The position numbers were made by a program, and so were the translations under genes. A DNA stretch of 64,000 bases, taken from the NCBI GenBank assembly GCA_043811535.1, contig JBDRNC010000018.1, positions 32,001-96,000 on the forward strand, in the 5' to 3' direction. Below the pieces are notes generated by a model that was given only the letters and a program-made list of their open reading frames with translations, made no database searches and was not told where the DNA came from. This stretch comes from Elusimicrobiota bacterium (GTDB taxonomy: Bacteria; Elusimicrobiota; Endomicrobiia; Endomicrobiales; JBDRNC01). This document shows positions 19,056-29,800 of this stretch, piece by piece; positions within the stretch are counted from its first letter, which is position 1; each line of letters starts with the position of its first letter.

Positions 19056-19443
19056 AACCGAGAGCTTCCTTTATTTTCTTCAGGACCCTTTCCGCCGTTA
19101 TCGGTTTCGTGATATAACTCTCGCATCCCAAATCGTTCGCCTTTTCTATATCGGCAAAGGAATTCTCTTCCGTGCACATTATTACGGGGATCTGGGAGGT
19201 CTTGGGAGAGGACTTTAACGCCGTCAATGCCTGCCAGCCGTCCATTTGAGGCATGTTGATGTCCATGATCACAAGGTCGGGACTGATATTGTCAATTTTC
19301 TGCAGGGCCTCTATGCCGTTGAAAGCGCTCTCGAATTTATAGCCATGGCCTTCCAGCACGTGCCTCATGAGCTCGCATACGGCGCGTTCGTCTTCCACCA
19401 GCAGTATCTTCTTTTTGCTTTTCATATGGTTCCTTGTCTTCAC
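19054..19443 (-). CDS. Single-domain response regulator
   Basis: ILLVED, DLVIMDINMP.MDG, YITKP. Confidence 0.92.
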   Translation of the reverse strand: MKTRNHMKSKKKILLVEDERAVCELMRHVLEGHGYKFESAFNGIEALQKIDNISPDLVIMDINMPQMDGWQALTALKSSPKTSQIPVIMCTEENSFADIEKANDLGCESYITKPITAERVLKKIKEALG

Positions 19444-19458
19444 TTTAAACGTTAAACC

Positions 19459-21258
19459 TTAAACTTTGTCTGACAACGGAAGCGTGAATATGAACGAACT
19501 TCCCTTGTTCAGCTCGCTTTCCACCCTGATGGATCCTCCGTGGGACTCAACGGCCATCTTGCAGAACGTAAGGCCGAGGCCCGAGCCGGTCCTCAACTGC
19601 GATTTTCTGCGTTCAAGCTGGATGAATTTTTCGAATATCTTTTCCTTGTACTCATCCGGTATGCCCGCGCCGTTGTCCGAAACGCTTATTTCAACAAAGC
19701 CGCCGTCTTTTTTCGCCCTGACCTCTATTTTCCCGCCGGATGTCGTGTGATGGAGGGCGTTGGATATGAGGTTATTCAGCACACGCTCAATAATGTGCCT
19801 GTCCATTTCAACCCGCGGCAGTTCTTTCTCCGCGTCTACCGTAAGCGTTTTCGATTCATTGACCGCAAGATGGCCGAATTCGGCCGCGCGTTCCCGGAGT
19901 AGTTCCGCGACGTCCACTTCATCTTTCTTTAACTGCAGCTTGCTCTCCTCCATTTTCGCCACGTCAAGCAGGTTTTGTATCATCACGAGCATGTTCTCGC
20001 TTGATTTCTTGGCCAGCGATATTATCTTTTTCTGGCCGTCGTTGAACTCGCCCGTCATCCCCGTCTCAAGGTAGTCCAGGCTCCCCATCATACCGCTGAG
20101 CGGGCTCTTGAGGTCGTGTACTATCATCCTTATCAGGTCCTGCCGCATCTGTTCAAGCTCCTTCAGCGCGGATGCCATTGCTTCGAAATTCCTTGCCAGC
20201 TCTTCTATCTCATCGCCCGTCTTGACGTCAAGCTTGATGTCCAGCTTCCCTTCGCTTATCTGTTTCGCCCCCGACTGCAGTATCTCTATCGGGCCCAGTA
20301 TCATTTTCCTGACAAACCTGAAACCAAGATAAAGGAACAGCACCGTCCACAAAAGCGTCCAGACAAAAGCGTTCTGGCTCATCCTGGTTACCGGCCTGTA
20401 GACCTCTTTTGACGGTATCTGCGTCACGACCGCCCAGCCGAGCCTGGGAAGCGCCTGGAACATTGAAACAACGGCTTCGCCCTTTTCATCGCGGTAGCTC
20501 TTCCATGTCTTTGAAGATATTGTTTTCCCGTCGAGAAAATCCCTGACTATAGGAAGGTTGCTGAAATTTGAATGCGCAAGCACGCGCTCTATGTCCCTGT
20601 GGGCTATAAGGTTCCCGCGCGCGTCAACCACAAAGGCGTGCCCGCTGTCGCTTATCTTGACCTCGGAAATCCACTGCCATAACTTGTCAAGCTCGAGCTT
20701 TGCTACGATAGCCCCTTTGCGCCCCGAGGCCGGAATTGAAATAAAAATGAACGGAAGCCGCTGCCCGGAATAATTTACTTCACTGATGTAATTCCTGCCC
20801 GCGGAGGCTTCAATGAACTCTTTTCTTTTGGACCTGTTTATCGGGCCCCTGGCGACGCCGTCGCGCCTGTATTTGAATATTTCCTGCCCCCTGGAATCCA
20901 GGTAAGCAATCTCTGAAAAAGAAGCGCCGCGCTCCAGGATAGCGCTTGCAACCTTTGCCTGTTCGCTTCTCGGGAATTCGGCGATATCCCTGTTGAACAG
21001 CAGCAAGTCCTGGTGCCTGGCCACCTGAAGGTCTACTTTCTCCGCCACCTTGCTGATTATCTCCCGCTGCTGCGAGAATATGGAGTTCTTTATCGCGTTC
21101 CTGCTTATAGACGTCAGCACGATATTAAGAAGCATCGCGGGCAGCACGATAGCCAGCACGAACAAAAGATTTATCTTGTAGTTCAGCGGAAGTTTCCTGA
21201 ACCGCTCTGATAGTGATTTCAATCCGCCAGCGATCATTTTCTCATTTAATATTTTCAC
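19459..21258 (-). CDS. Sensor histidine kinase (Cache + HAMP + HisKA + HATPase)
   Basis: Two TM helices, DEIEELARNF, HDLKSPL, NL.SNA, DNG.GI, GSGLGL. Confidence 0.93.
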   Translation of the reverse strand: MKILNEKMIAGGLKSLSERFRKLPLNYKINLLFVLAIVLPAMLLNIVLTSISRNAIKNSIFSQQREIISKVAEKVDLQVARHQDLLLFNRDIAEFPRSEQAKVASAILERGASFSEIAYLDSRGQEIFKYRRDGVARGPINRSKRKEFIEASAGRNYISEVNYSGQRLPFIFISIPASGRKGAIVAKLELDKLWQWISEVKISDSGHAFVVDARGNLIAHRDIERVLAHSNFSNLPIVRDFLDGKTISSKTWKSYRDEKGEAVVSMFQALPRLGWAVVTQIPSKEVYRPVTRMSQNAFVWTLLWTVLFLYLGFRFVRKMILGPIEILQSGAKQISEGKLDIKLDVKTGDEIEELARNFEAMASALKELEQMRQDLIRMIVHDLKSPLSGMMGSLDYLETGMTGEFNDGQKKIISLAKKSSENMLVMIQNLLDVAKMEESKLQLKKDEVDVAELLRERAAEFGHLAVNESKTLTVDAEKELPRVEMDRHIIERVLNNLISNALHHTTSGGKIEVRAKKDGGFVEISVSDNGAGIPDEYKEKIFEKFIQLERRKSQLRTGSGLGLTFCKMAVESHGGSIRVESELNKGSSFIFTLPLSDKV

Positions 21259-21421
21259 TTATACTTCCCCCTGATATCAATTCCGCTATTTAAACTCGAA
21301 ATCCGAAGCTCTAAATCCGAAATAAACTCTAAAACACAAACCACAAAAAACAAAAAGCGCTCCTAGGGGTTCAGGAACGCTTCAGGGAATTTAACTGAGC
21401 CGCAAAACATAAGCCCATCCA

Positions 21422-22822
21422 TTATTTTTTCTTTTTTTCCTGTTTCTCATGGATAGCGTACAGCTCGGGCAGGTGCATCCGGACGTTGTCCCACATTTCC
21501 TCATCGGAAACGACATTGACCCTGCCGCCCGCGAATTGCGCGTCTATCCACTCTTTTATTTTCGCTATGCCCGGATGCGATTTATCCACTTTCTTGTTTT
21601 TCGGCAATCTCAGCTCCGTGTTTATCCAGAACGCGATTCCCGCAAGGCCCGAGACATCGGTTATGCTGACCTCGGGCGGGCGGTTCAGTATGCCCTGCGT
21701 GTCAAACACGTTATATATCTCTTCGTCCTTAAGCAGGCCGTCGGCGTGGATGCCGGCCCTGGTCATATTGAAATGCAGCCCGACGAACGGCTGCATGAAA
21801 GGTATCTTGTACCCTATATTATCTTCAAAATACCTGGCGATCTCGGTTATGACAGAAAGGTCCATCCCGTCGCTCGTGCCGCGCAGCGATGTATATTCTA
21901 TGCAAAGCGCCTCTATCGGCGTGTTGCCCGTGCGCTCGCCTATTCCCAGAAGCGTGCCGTTGACACCGCCGCACCCGTACAGCCACGCGAACGTAGCGTT
22001 GGTCAGACTTCTGTAAAAATCATTGTGGCCGTGCCATTCAAGCCATTCCGAAGGAACGCCGGCCAGCTGCGTCAGTCCGTACATTATGCCGTTCACGTTC
22101 CTCGGCAAAGCCGCCCCGGGATACGCAACGCCGAAACCGAGCGTGTCGCACGCCCTTATTTTAATGGGTATCTTTGTTTCCTGCGAAAGTTTCATCAATT
22201 CAAGCGCGAACGGGATCACAAAACCGTAGAAATCGGCGCGCGTGATGTCCTCAAAATGACATCTTGGAATTATCCCTTCGCTTAGCGCGTCTTTGACGAT
22301 ACCAAGGTATCCCTCAAGCGCCTGCTTGCGCGTTTTTTTCAGTTTCAGGAAAATATGGTAATCGGAGGCCGACGTCAGTATCCCCGTTTCCTTCAGCCCC
22401 ATATCCTTCACGAGCTTGAAGTCCTCTTTTTTCGCCCTTATCCACGAGGTTATCTCAGGGAACTTGTGGCCTTTCTCCTGACACTTGCGCACGGAGGCCC
22501 TGTCTTTTTCCGAATACAGGAAAAACTCGCACTGCCTGATTATGCCTTTCGGTCCTCCGAGCCGGTGCATGAACTCGTACAGGTCCGCTATCTGCTCAAC
22601 GGAAAAAGGCGCGAGCGCCTGCTGGCCGTCGCGGAAAGTGGTGTCCGTTATCCATATCTCTTCCGGCGGGTTCATCGGAACCACGCGGTTGTTGAACGGT
22701 ATCTTTGGGACTTCCTTATACGGAAAGATATCGCGGTAGAGCTCCGGGTTTTTCGCGTCGTGGAGCTCGTATTTGTATTCTTCAGGTTCCAGCAGTTTTC
22801 TTTGCTTGTTGAATTTGAGCAT
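21422..22822 (-). CDS. Re-citrate synthase-type DRE-TIM metallolyase (LeuA/homocitrate synthase superfamily)
   Basis: ITDTTFRDGQQ, RCHFEDITRADFYGFV.PF, EWHGHNDFY, GERTGNT; closely recalls the clostridial Re-citrate synthase; no LeuA regulatory domain. Confidence 0.82.
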   Translation of the reverse strand: MLKFNKQRKLLEPEEYKYELHDAKNPELYRDIFPYKEVPKIPFNNRVVPMNPPEEIWITDTTFRDGQQALAPFSVEQIADLYEFMHRLGGPKGIIRQCEFFLYSEKDRASVRKCQEKGHKFPEITSWIRAKKEDFKLVKDMGLKETGILTSASDYHIFLKLKKTRKQALEGYLGIVKDALSEGIIPRCHFEDITRADFYGFVIPFALELMKLSQETKIPIKIRACDTLGFGVAYPGAALPRNVNGIMYGLTQLAGVPSEWLEWHGHNDFYRSLTNATFAWLYGCGGVNGTLLGIGERTGNTPIEALCIEYTSLRGTSDGMDLSVITEIARYFEDNIGYKIPFMQPFVGLHFNMTRAGIHADGLLKDEEIYNVFDTQGILNRPPEVSITDVSGLAGIAFWINTELRLPKNKKVDKSHPGIAKIKEWIDAQFAGGRVNVVSDEEMWDNVRMHLPELYAIHEKQEKKKK

Positions 22823-22985
22823 TTAACCTCTTAACTTCCAGCAATTAGCGATTAGCCCGCCGCGGCGGGGCAATTAGTTTGCTGTTCCGATTATACTATT
22901 TTCGTTGCGGTAAATCAATAAATTATGAAGCTTTCGCGGATTTGATTTTATTATATTCTTAATCTTTTCTTCGGAATCCGCCAAA

Positions 22986-25574
22986 CTACGCCGAAAAAAC
23001 AATATGATTGTTTATTCTCTTAAAATTCAGCCCTTTTTGCTCTTTGGAATCCTTTAACTCAACAACTTCAACAACCTTATCTCCGGCCGGCAGGGTAATA
23101 TTCGCGGGGCGCCTCGGCCCGATGAAGTTGAATACCGTCCTTGAGCCCTTTTCGTGAAAGAACAGGTCGCCCGGCGCGTCAGTCTTGATAGTCTGGTTCC
23201 TGTAGCGCACGAGCGGCGCCGTAAAAATCCCTTTCTCATCGTTTATGCCCTTTATCAGCGCCGAACTGATATTCCCGTCCTTGAAACCCACAACTGCCGA
23301 AGAATAGCCGGTCAGCATTATCTCAAAGACTTCCTCGCCGCCCTCCGAATTCCGAAACGATACGTTATACGCCTTGTTGTTCCTGTTCCGGCTGAAAACG
23401 TAGACATACTGCTTTCCGGCCTTGTCATTCCTGTGCTCGTACACCTCTATCTCGCCCCTGTTCTGTTTAGTCCCATGCATGCCGGCGCGGACATTGCCGT
23501 ATCTCTCCATAGCGAAAAGCAGGAAATCCGCGTTCCTTTCCCATTTATCCAGGTCCCACGGATTGAAGCCCGCGTATATCACCTGCCCCTTCCCGAGCTT
23601 GTTTATATAAGCGCAGTTATGTTTCCGCCCGTCTATCTCCACTACGGCGACAGGCTCCGCGCCTTTCCCGTTTTCAAAACAGAACACGGGGTGCTCGCTG
23701 ATCGCGGTGAACCCCGTTAGAGAGAACGAAGGCTTCGCTGATGCAGATGGAAGCTTTACATCACCATTTGACGGTATGGTTTCAAACCGCCGGTTAGAGT
23801 CAACGACCTTCTCTAACGGGGTGAATTCGTCGTTTCCGAAGGATATCAGGCAGGTACCTTCATCGCGGATGACCTTTGTCTTCACCGGGAACAGCCCGGC
23901 GGCGTCTTTCGCGTTATCCTGCCAGAGCTCGTTCATGCGCGGTATCGCGCCACTCCACAAGAGCGTCCCGCCGGCTTTGACGAACTCCGTAAGCTTTGAA
24001 AGCGTGTTTGAATCCATCCAGTCGCATCCCGCTATGCAGAGCATCTTGTATTTCTTAAGTTCCGCCGCGGGAACTTCCTGGATATAAACGGCATCGTTCT
24101 CTATCGTATTGTACGCCATCATGCGCTGAAAAGTATCCAGCCCGTCATATACGCTTTTCGGCTCGTCGGAAAGCCCCAGTTCAAGCCACTTGGATTTCGG
24201 CTGAAGCCAGCTTGCCGCCCTGCAGTAAGGGGAGTATATCGCCCACGCGACTTCCGCGTCCCTCTTGGAGGAGACCAAATCCGCCCCCTCGCGTTTCATG
24301 AACGCGCTCATCTGGTGCAAGGTGTGGAACTGGTCGCGGAAAGCGCCGTTTTCCGATACCGGCGAATGCTCCGGATACGGCGGCTTGTGCCACAGGTCCA
24401 GGTGGTCGTCCCAGCTATCCGTTGAAACGGCGGTATAAACGTTAAATCCCGCTGAGCCCAGAGCCATGTAGTACATCGTCTGGTAAAAACTCGGCTGGAC
24501 GAACCTGTATAGCGGGTTGTATATCTTTGAGAAGCCCCAGTTCTCTTCCATGCAGACGCCGCGCGATAAACTGGCCACGATCCTGTACTTTCTCGCCGGT
24601 TCCTCGTTCTCGGCTATAGGTCCGGCCCAGTCGGTGTAGCCCCAGCACACAAGGTCCTTCAGCGCGTGCGGGTTGTTCCTCACGGCATAAATCTCGGCGT
24701 CCTGCTTGTCGCCGCAAAGGTTGAGGTTTATGAAAACCGGCAGGTCCTTTATCGCGCCGCCGAGCAGCTCCAGGTACTTGCGGATGACCCCGCTGAAAAG
24801 GAATGAAGAGTATTCGGCCCAGTCAAGGTACAGATGCAGGTGGTCAAGCGCCCCGGCCCTGAACTCCCTCGGCGCGTAAACATCCTCAAACAACTTCAAA
24901 TTTGTCTTGTAAATCCCGTTCAGCTTCGCGATTGTCTTATATTTCCGCTTCAGGAACTCGCGGAAAAAATTTATCCCGCTGGGCGAATAGTCGTAATCCG
25001 TGACCTTCGCGGCGGCGTTGGTGTAGAAACCCTCGTTCAGTATCTGGAGCCCGACTATGGGGCCCTTCGGGTGCGTCTTTCCCTTTATCACGCGCGCGGA
25101 AACCGCGTCAAACCATTCGCTCAAACGCTCCAGATAACGCTCCCCGAGATACGCCGGCAGCGGGTTGCTCCATTTAAGCGCTTCCCCCCTGCTCGTGGTA
25201 AGCGGCTCAATCCCGTGGTCGGGAATGGCGCTGACGTAATCTGGCAGGCCGCCGAAGTTGGTCTCGGCATGGATGAGCGGACCCGGCTTTACGATAACCT
25301 TCATATTCTTTTCGTGTATCAATTTCAGGAAATACAGCACATCGGTATTGGGCCGCCTTATGCCGGTGAAATCAAACTCCCCGCGCCTGGTTGAATGATG
25401 GCGCCACGGGATATAGCAGGTCACCGTGTCAACGCCCATTTTCTTTATATTGTCCAGCTGGCCGGACCAGTCATTCCTGTCATCCCTGTAATACGGATAA
25501 TCCGCGGTCACAAGGACCTGCGGCTTGCCGTCAATGTAAAACACCCCTTCACGCGTTTCAACGGATTTTTTCAA
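22986..25574 (-). CDS. Beta-galactosidase, GH35/GH42-like, cytoplasmic; carries a 38-aa in-frame insertion
   Basis: FYIDGKP, YIPWRHH...GEFDF, KPGP.I.AE...GGLP, LQILNE; TTG start with AGGAGG RBS. Confidence 0.82.
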   Translation of the reverse strand: MKKSVETREGVFYIDGKPQVLVTADYPYYRDDRNDWSGQLDNIKKMGVDTVTCYIPWRHHSTRRGEFDFTGIRRPNTDVLYFLKLIHEKNMKVIVKPGPLIHAETNFGGLPDYVSAIPDHGIEPLTTSRGEALKWSNPLPAYLGERYLERLSEWFDAVSARVIKGKTHPKGPIVGLQILNEGFYTNAAAKVTDYDYSPSGINFFREFLKRKYKTIAKLNGIYKTNLKLFEDVYAPREFRAGALDHLHLYLDWAEYSSFLFSGVIRKYLELLGGAIKDLPVFINLNLCGDKQDAEIYAVRNNPHALKDLVCWGYTDWAGPIAENEEPARKYRIVASLSRGVCMEENWGFSKIYNPLYRFVQPSFYQTMYYMALGSAGFNVYTAVSTDSWDDHLDLWHKPPYPEHSPVSENGAFRDQFHTLHQMSAFMKREGADLVSSKRDAEVAWAIYSPYCRAASWLQPKSKWLELGLSDEPKSVYDGLDTFQRMMAYNTIENDAVYIQEVPAAELKKYKMLCIAGCDWMDSNTLSKLTEFVKAGGTLLWSGAIPRMNELWQDNAKDAAGLFPVKTKVIRDEGTCLISFGNDEFTPLEKVVDSNRRFETIPSNGDVKLPSASAKPSFSLTGFTAISEHPVFCFENGKGAEPVAVVEIDGRKHNCAYINKLGKGQVIYAGFNPWDLDKWERNADFLLFAMERYGNVRAGMHGTKQNRGEIEVYEHRNDKAGKQYVYVFSRNRNNKAYNVSFRNSEGGEEVFEIMLTGYSSAVVGFKDGNISSALIKGINDEKGIFTAPLVRYRNQTIKTDAPGDLFFHEKGSRTVFNFIGPRRPANITLPAGDKVVEVVELKDSKEQKGLNFKRINNHIVFSA
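23708..23825. mobile_element. MITE-like in-frame insertion (110 bp + TGAA duplication)
   Basis: 13-bp perfect terminal inverted repeats ACCCCGTTAGAGA (23711-23723) / TCTCTAACGGGGT (23810-23822); TGAA at 23708 and 23822; net 114 bp = 38 codons. Confidence 0.8.
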
Positions 25575-25652
25575 TTTATTCCTCCTGAAAATGAAAATAT
25601 CCAGCTAACAAATCAGCCGGATATTGTGTAAATTGTATCACAAAATAACCCG

Positions 25653-25704
25653 AAAATCAACGCGCATTTTCGGCGGATTTATGTTACCCGTAACCGTTTA
25701 CCCG
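25653..25704 (+). repeat. 52-bp perfect direct repeat, copy 1
   Basis: AAAATCAACGCGCATTTTCGGCGGATTTATGTTACCCGTAACCGTTTACCCG, identical to 34390-34441. Confidence 0.97.
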
Positions 25705-25743
25705 TTCCATCTACCGTAAAGGGCGCTTCGCAGCGCGGTGGAA
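25704..25743 (+). repeat. 40-bp structured repeat, copy 1
   Basis: GTTCCATCTACCGTAAAGGGCGCTTCGCAGCGCGGTGGAA; 36/40 identical to 33997-34036. Confidence 0.88.
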
Positions 25744-25870
25744 CCGGTTATTTGATGCGGCGAAGGGCTTTTCTGGCGCGTTCACTTGAAGCTCAAAGAA
25801 AAATTTATTAGGTTAATGCTGCCAAAGTCTAATAATAAAAAAAGCATAATTCGCAGCCACGTCGGATATT

Positions 25871-26797
25871 TTAGAACTGAAATCCGAGACTCAATCGGTG
25901 GGAACCCGAACTGCCTTCAACATAGAAAGGAAATGAGAATGAATAATGCGTATTGATCGAGAAATTGGAATACGCGAGATTGTAAACATAGGAAAGGCCG
26001 AGTGAGAATTCATTCTTGTTTGCGCCAATCCTGCCGGCAAGCGTGTAATCGTTGAACCACATTTCTCCGCCTAGATATACGTTATATACCTTGTTTCTCA
26101 AGCCCATGTCGCAGGATAAAAGAAGTTCTTCGGCCGGTTTGACCATCTTAAAGCTTCCCGCCGTACCAATCCTCATTTCCATGGGAACCTTATCGGTCGC
26201 TTGGTATCCGACATCGGGTTGATTTATGTCTTTTACCATCAAACCTGAATAAATGCTTTTGTTCCATTGTCTCAGAACGCCCAGATCGGCGGAAAAAGCC
26301 GTCCTGGATGTGCCGTTTGCGAACACGTCGTCATCAATGGTCCTCTCATCCAGAACGACCGAACGCCCGAGATACTTCATATTCAATCCGGCGTTCAGTA
26401 TGTCGAATTTATATGCGTAAGATATCATCGCGATGTTCTCGGTATAGAGGTCCCGCGTATTAAAATGAGTCCACGTGGCGGCGATGGAACCGGCTTTCTT
26501 CAGAGGCATCGCGTATGAAGCGTAGCCCGTGTACATGTTCACGCCGTCCAGATCCAGGTAGGGTTTTGAATAGGTAAACATCACGGAACGTTTATTGATG
26601 TTTGCCATTCCGGCCGGGTTATACCAGACGGAATTTATGTCACCCGCGACAGCCGTGAAAGCGCCGCCCATGCCTATAGGACGGGCCAGCATGCCGGGGT
26701 CATTGAATGCTGCAGATAGCGGATAGTGTAAAGCAGGCAGCAAAACCGCCATTAACAAAATCAACTTTGTAGCTAAATGACTTGTATTTTTTTTCAT
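25871..26797 (-). CDS. PorV/PorP-SprF-like outer-membrane beta-barrel
   Basis: ARPIGMGGAFTAVAGD...WYNPAG N-terminal motif; terminal HRLSLGFQF. Confidence 0.8.
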   Translation of the reverse strand: MKKNTSHLATKLILLMAVLLPALHYPLSAAFNDPGMLARPIGMGGAFTAVAGDINSVWYNPAGMANINKRSVMFTYSKPYLDLDGVNMYTGYASYAMPLKKAGSIAATWTHFNTRDLYTENIAMISYAYKFDILNAGLNMKYLGRSVVLDERTIDDDVFANGTSRTAFSADLGVLRQWNKSIYSGLMVKDINQPDVGYQATDKVPMEMRIGTAGSFKMVKPAEELLLSCDMGLRNKVYNVYLGGEMWFNDYTLAGRIGANKNEFSLGLSYVYNLAYSNFSINTHYSFSFPFYVEGSSGSHRLSLGFQF

Positions 26798-26839
26798 TTT
26801 GTGTTTCCTATACGCTCTACGCCAAACGTTATACGTTAT

Positions 26840-29800
26840 TTATTTCACTACAAGTATCGTTCCGCTTATAAGTTGGGTTTCGGTCTTTATCTGGTAGATA
26901 TATACACCGCCTTCGACTATATCGCCGTTCTCGTCCTTGCCGTCCCATATGCTCAGGCCGTTCTCTAATGCCCTGACTTTGGCGCCCTTCACGTCATAGA
27001 TGTTGATCTTGATATCACCGCTTACCCCGAACTGGGCGTAGTCATTCTTGCCCGGTGAACCCGCCGGCGTGATTATTTTTTCCTTGGGCCTGTAATCGTC
27101 AGCTGACAGAACTTTTGCCGAAAAAACCGCGTACCTCGAAAGATGCATGACCTGGACTGTTACTGTTTTCTTGTCTACGTCAACCTTGCCGCCGATAAAC
27201 CTCCACTCGAGACCGTCCCACCAGAACATGCGCATCTTGCGTTCGTCCTTGCCTGACGAATCCTCAATACCGTTCCTGTCCAGGTCGGTGTAGAGCATCG
27301 TCAGAGTCACGGGCTTGAGGAAAGTCGTTTCCTTGGATCCCGCTGTGAAATCATAGACCGTGGAGGGATACTGGGTGTCGGCCGGCGGATTACCTGACTG
27401 GACGTCTGTCCTGTTTTTTTGCTCTATTGAAAGATTGACAGGCGAAGAGAGCGCCCCCGCGGGGATATCAATGCTGGTGTTTCCGTCTTCAGGATTGCCG
27501 TCGTCAACAGTTAGTTTCCCGGAAATGAAATTGTCCACAGTGGTTTTCTGCGATATGATAGTAGTGCCCGTCGAAGTTCCCGAGGCATACCCGGAAGAGC
27601 TTACTGCGGTCCAGAAATATTGAATTGTGCAACTCTGGGTTATCGTATCTTTCAAATCCATCGAATATATCGTGCATGAGGACTCCACTATCGCGGGAAC
27701 CCATGCCGCGGAATTGACTGAATAGTTAAATGTGACAGTCTGCGTGCTGCTTTCCGGATCGGTCGAACTGATTTTGAACATCAGTTTCCCCCCTATCATA
27801 CCTATCCTTTCCGGAGGTTTGACAAGTTCGGTGATAACAGGAGGTGTGGTGTCAGTATTTGACGGCGTCGAGGAATCATCATTTTGTCCATTTTCTATTT
27901 GCGATACCAGCTCCCATACGGCGCGCGGCCTCATATATTGGCTCGGGTTCGCTCCCCACTCCGGCGGTCTCGGGTTTTTACCGTCGCAGTGCCATGCTTC
28001 AGGGACATTAAACCAGTATGCGGTCTCTTCATTAACATATACGGTATAATACAGCCCGTACGCCGTTTTCAGCGCTTCATCTTTCAATCCATTGCGATAC
28101 ATGCTTGCCGCCAGAGAATATGTGTTTCCAACCCAAACTTCATCCGATTGCTGATAGCCAAGCTTTTCCCCGTTTTCCTTTATGCCGTTAAGCGCTCCCA
28201 CATCCCCTATGCCGTCGCTGGTATAATCCGTGCATGGAACTACCAGCTTGTCGTAAATCTTGAGAAGATGCGCTTTCATGCGCTCTTTCGGCAATATATC
28301 CGCTAACCCCGTATATTCACAATACCTTTGCCCGTTTAACCCGTCTGCCATAATAGCCGTAGGGAAATCACCCGCGGTATCAGTTTTATAATACCCCCCT
28401 GCGCTGTACCATAATTGAGAGTTCAAATTGCTCTTCGCGTTTGTAAGCCACGTGCTTACTTCCGACAGGATCGGGTCACTTTCTACCTGGGCCATTTTTT
28501 CCAATGCCTCCAAAGCTCCGACCCACAATCCGCCGCAGAGTATCCCCGTGCCAAAAAACCTCCAGGTATCAAAAGTTGTATCTCCAAAAGCGCCTGCCTG
28601 GTTATTGATAATGTAATCACTGTCTGTGTCGAGCGTCTTGGCATATTCAAAAGTATCTTTTATCGCCGGCCAAACGTAATCAAGGAAGTCTTTATCCTGT
28701 GAAAAATAATAATATCTCCAGCATTGCTGAATGAATCTTGAGGGCAAATCCTTCCACAACAACCCATTCCATGGGTATCCAAAAGAAAATAACGGGTCAA
28801 ATCCGGGATCTCCCAAATCGTGCGGCGTTTCATGCGCGGGATGCCCGCCCGGAACCGGCGAATATTCAATTGCGTCCGCGTAAACTTTCAGAGTGGTCTT
28901 CTCTATATCCGGCCAGAACAAAAGATACATAATTGAATTATAGTGCCTAACGTCAAGAGGCGATAAAGCCGTATATGCCTGGCATTCTATTTCCATATGC
29001 TTGTAGTCATTTTCGTGTAATCCCTCAAATTCCTGCACATGCCCGGATTTTAGGCCAGCTTCAAAAAATATCCCGCCGAACTGTGAATAATAAAGCTCGT
29101 TAAAAGCCGCTGTTTTTAGCCATTCCGGCAATTTCGTGCTTTCAACGTAGGGCTTCATCCACGCGTATACGCTGTCTTCCCATTCAAGATATTTCGTAAG
29201 CCCTTCTACCGCGATGTTAAACGAATTATCGCTGTTCGTGCTGAAATACATGGTATATTTTTTCCACCATTCGGTCCCGTCACCATCTACATTTTTGAAC
29301 TTTGTAAGCGGAAAATCCCACGCCAAAACAATCGGAATATCAACATTCTGCCCGGGCTCAAGATAGACCCTTACAGCGATCGCGCCGGCAGAGTTCGAGC
29401 CGTCAAGCGCCGAATCCGAAAGAACACCGTCATCGGCAAAATTATCCCAGATATCCCCGCCATCGCCGGATTTATTCCAGCTTGTGACATATGAAACCGT
29501 GGAACCCGGAATGCCGTAGGCGGCGATACACCACTCTGAATTTTGAGTTTCCGGAGTGTTTGTGCCGTCAACCGCTTTCAAAACAATCCCCTTTATCGCG
29601 CCGGACGAGTTTAAAATAGATTGGAAACCCGTTCTGACATGATTGCTGTAAATGGCATTGGGAAAAGTAAACATAACGGATATTTCCGTGGGAGTTGCGG
29701 ATTTATTATGCAATTTCCAATGCCACACGGCTATGGGGTAGCTTGATTCCTTGTAATTATCGGCAATTATCGGGGAAAAGAATTTTGATTCAACATCCGA

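Noticed and set aside
18881..19117. 78-aa ORF on the plus strand
   Set aside because: It is a translation of the 22-bp repeat array and overlaps the response regulator antisense.
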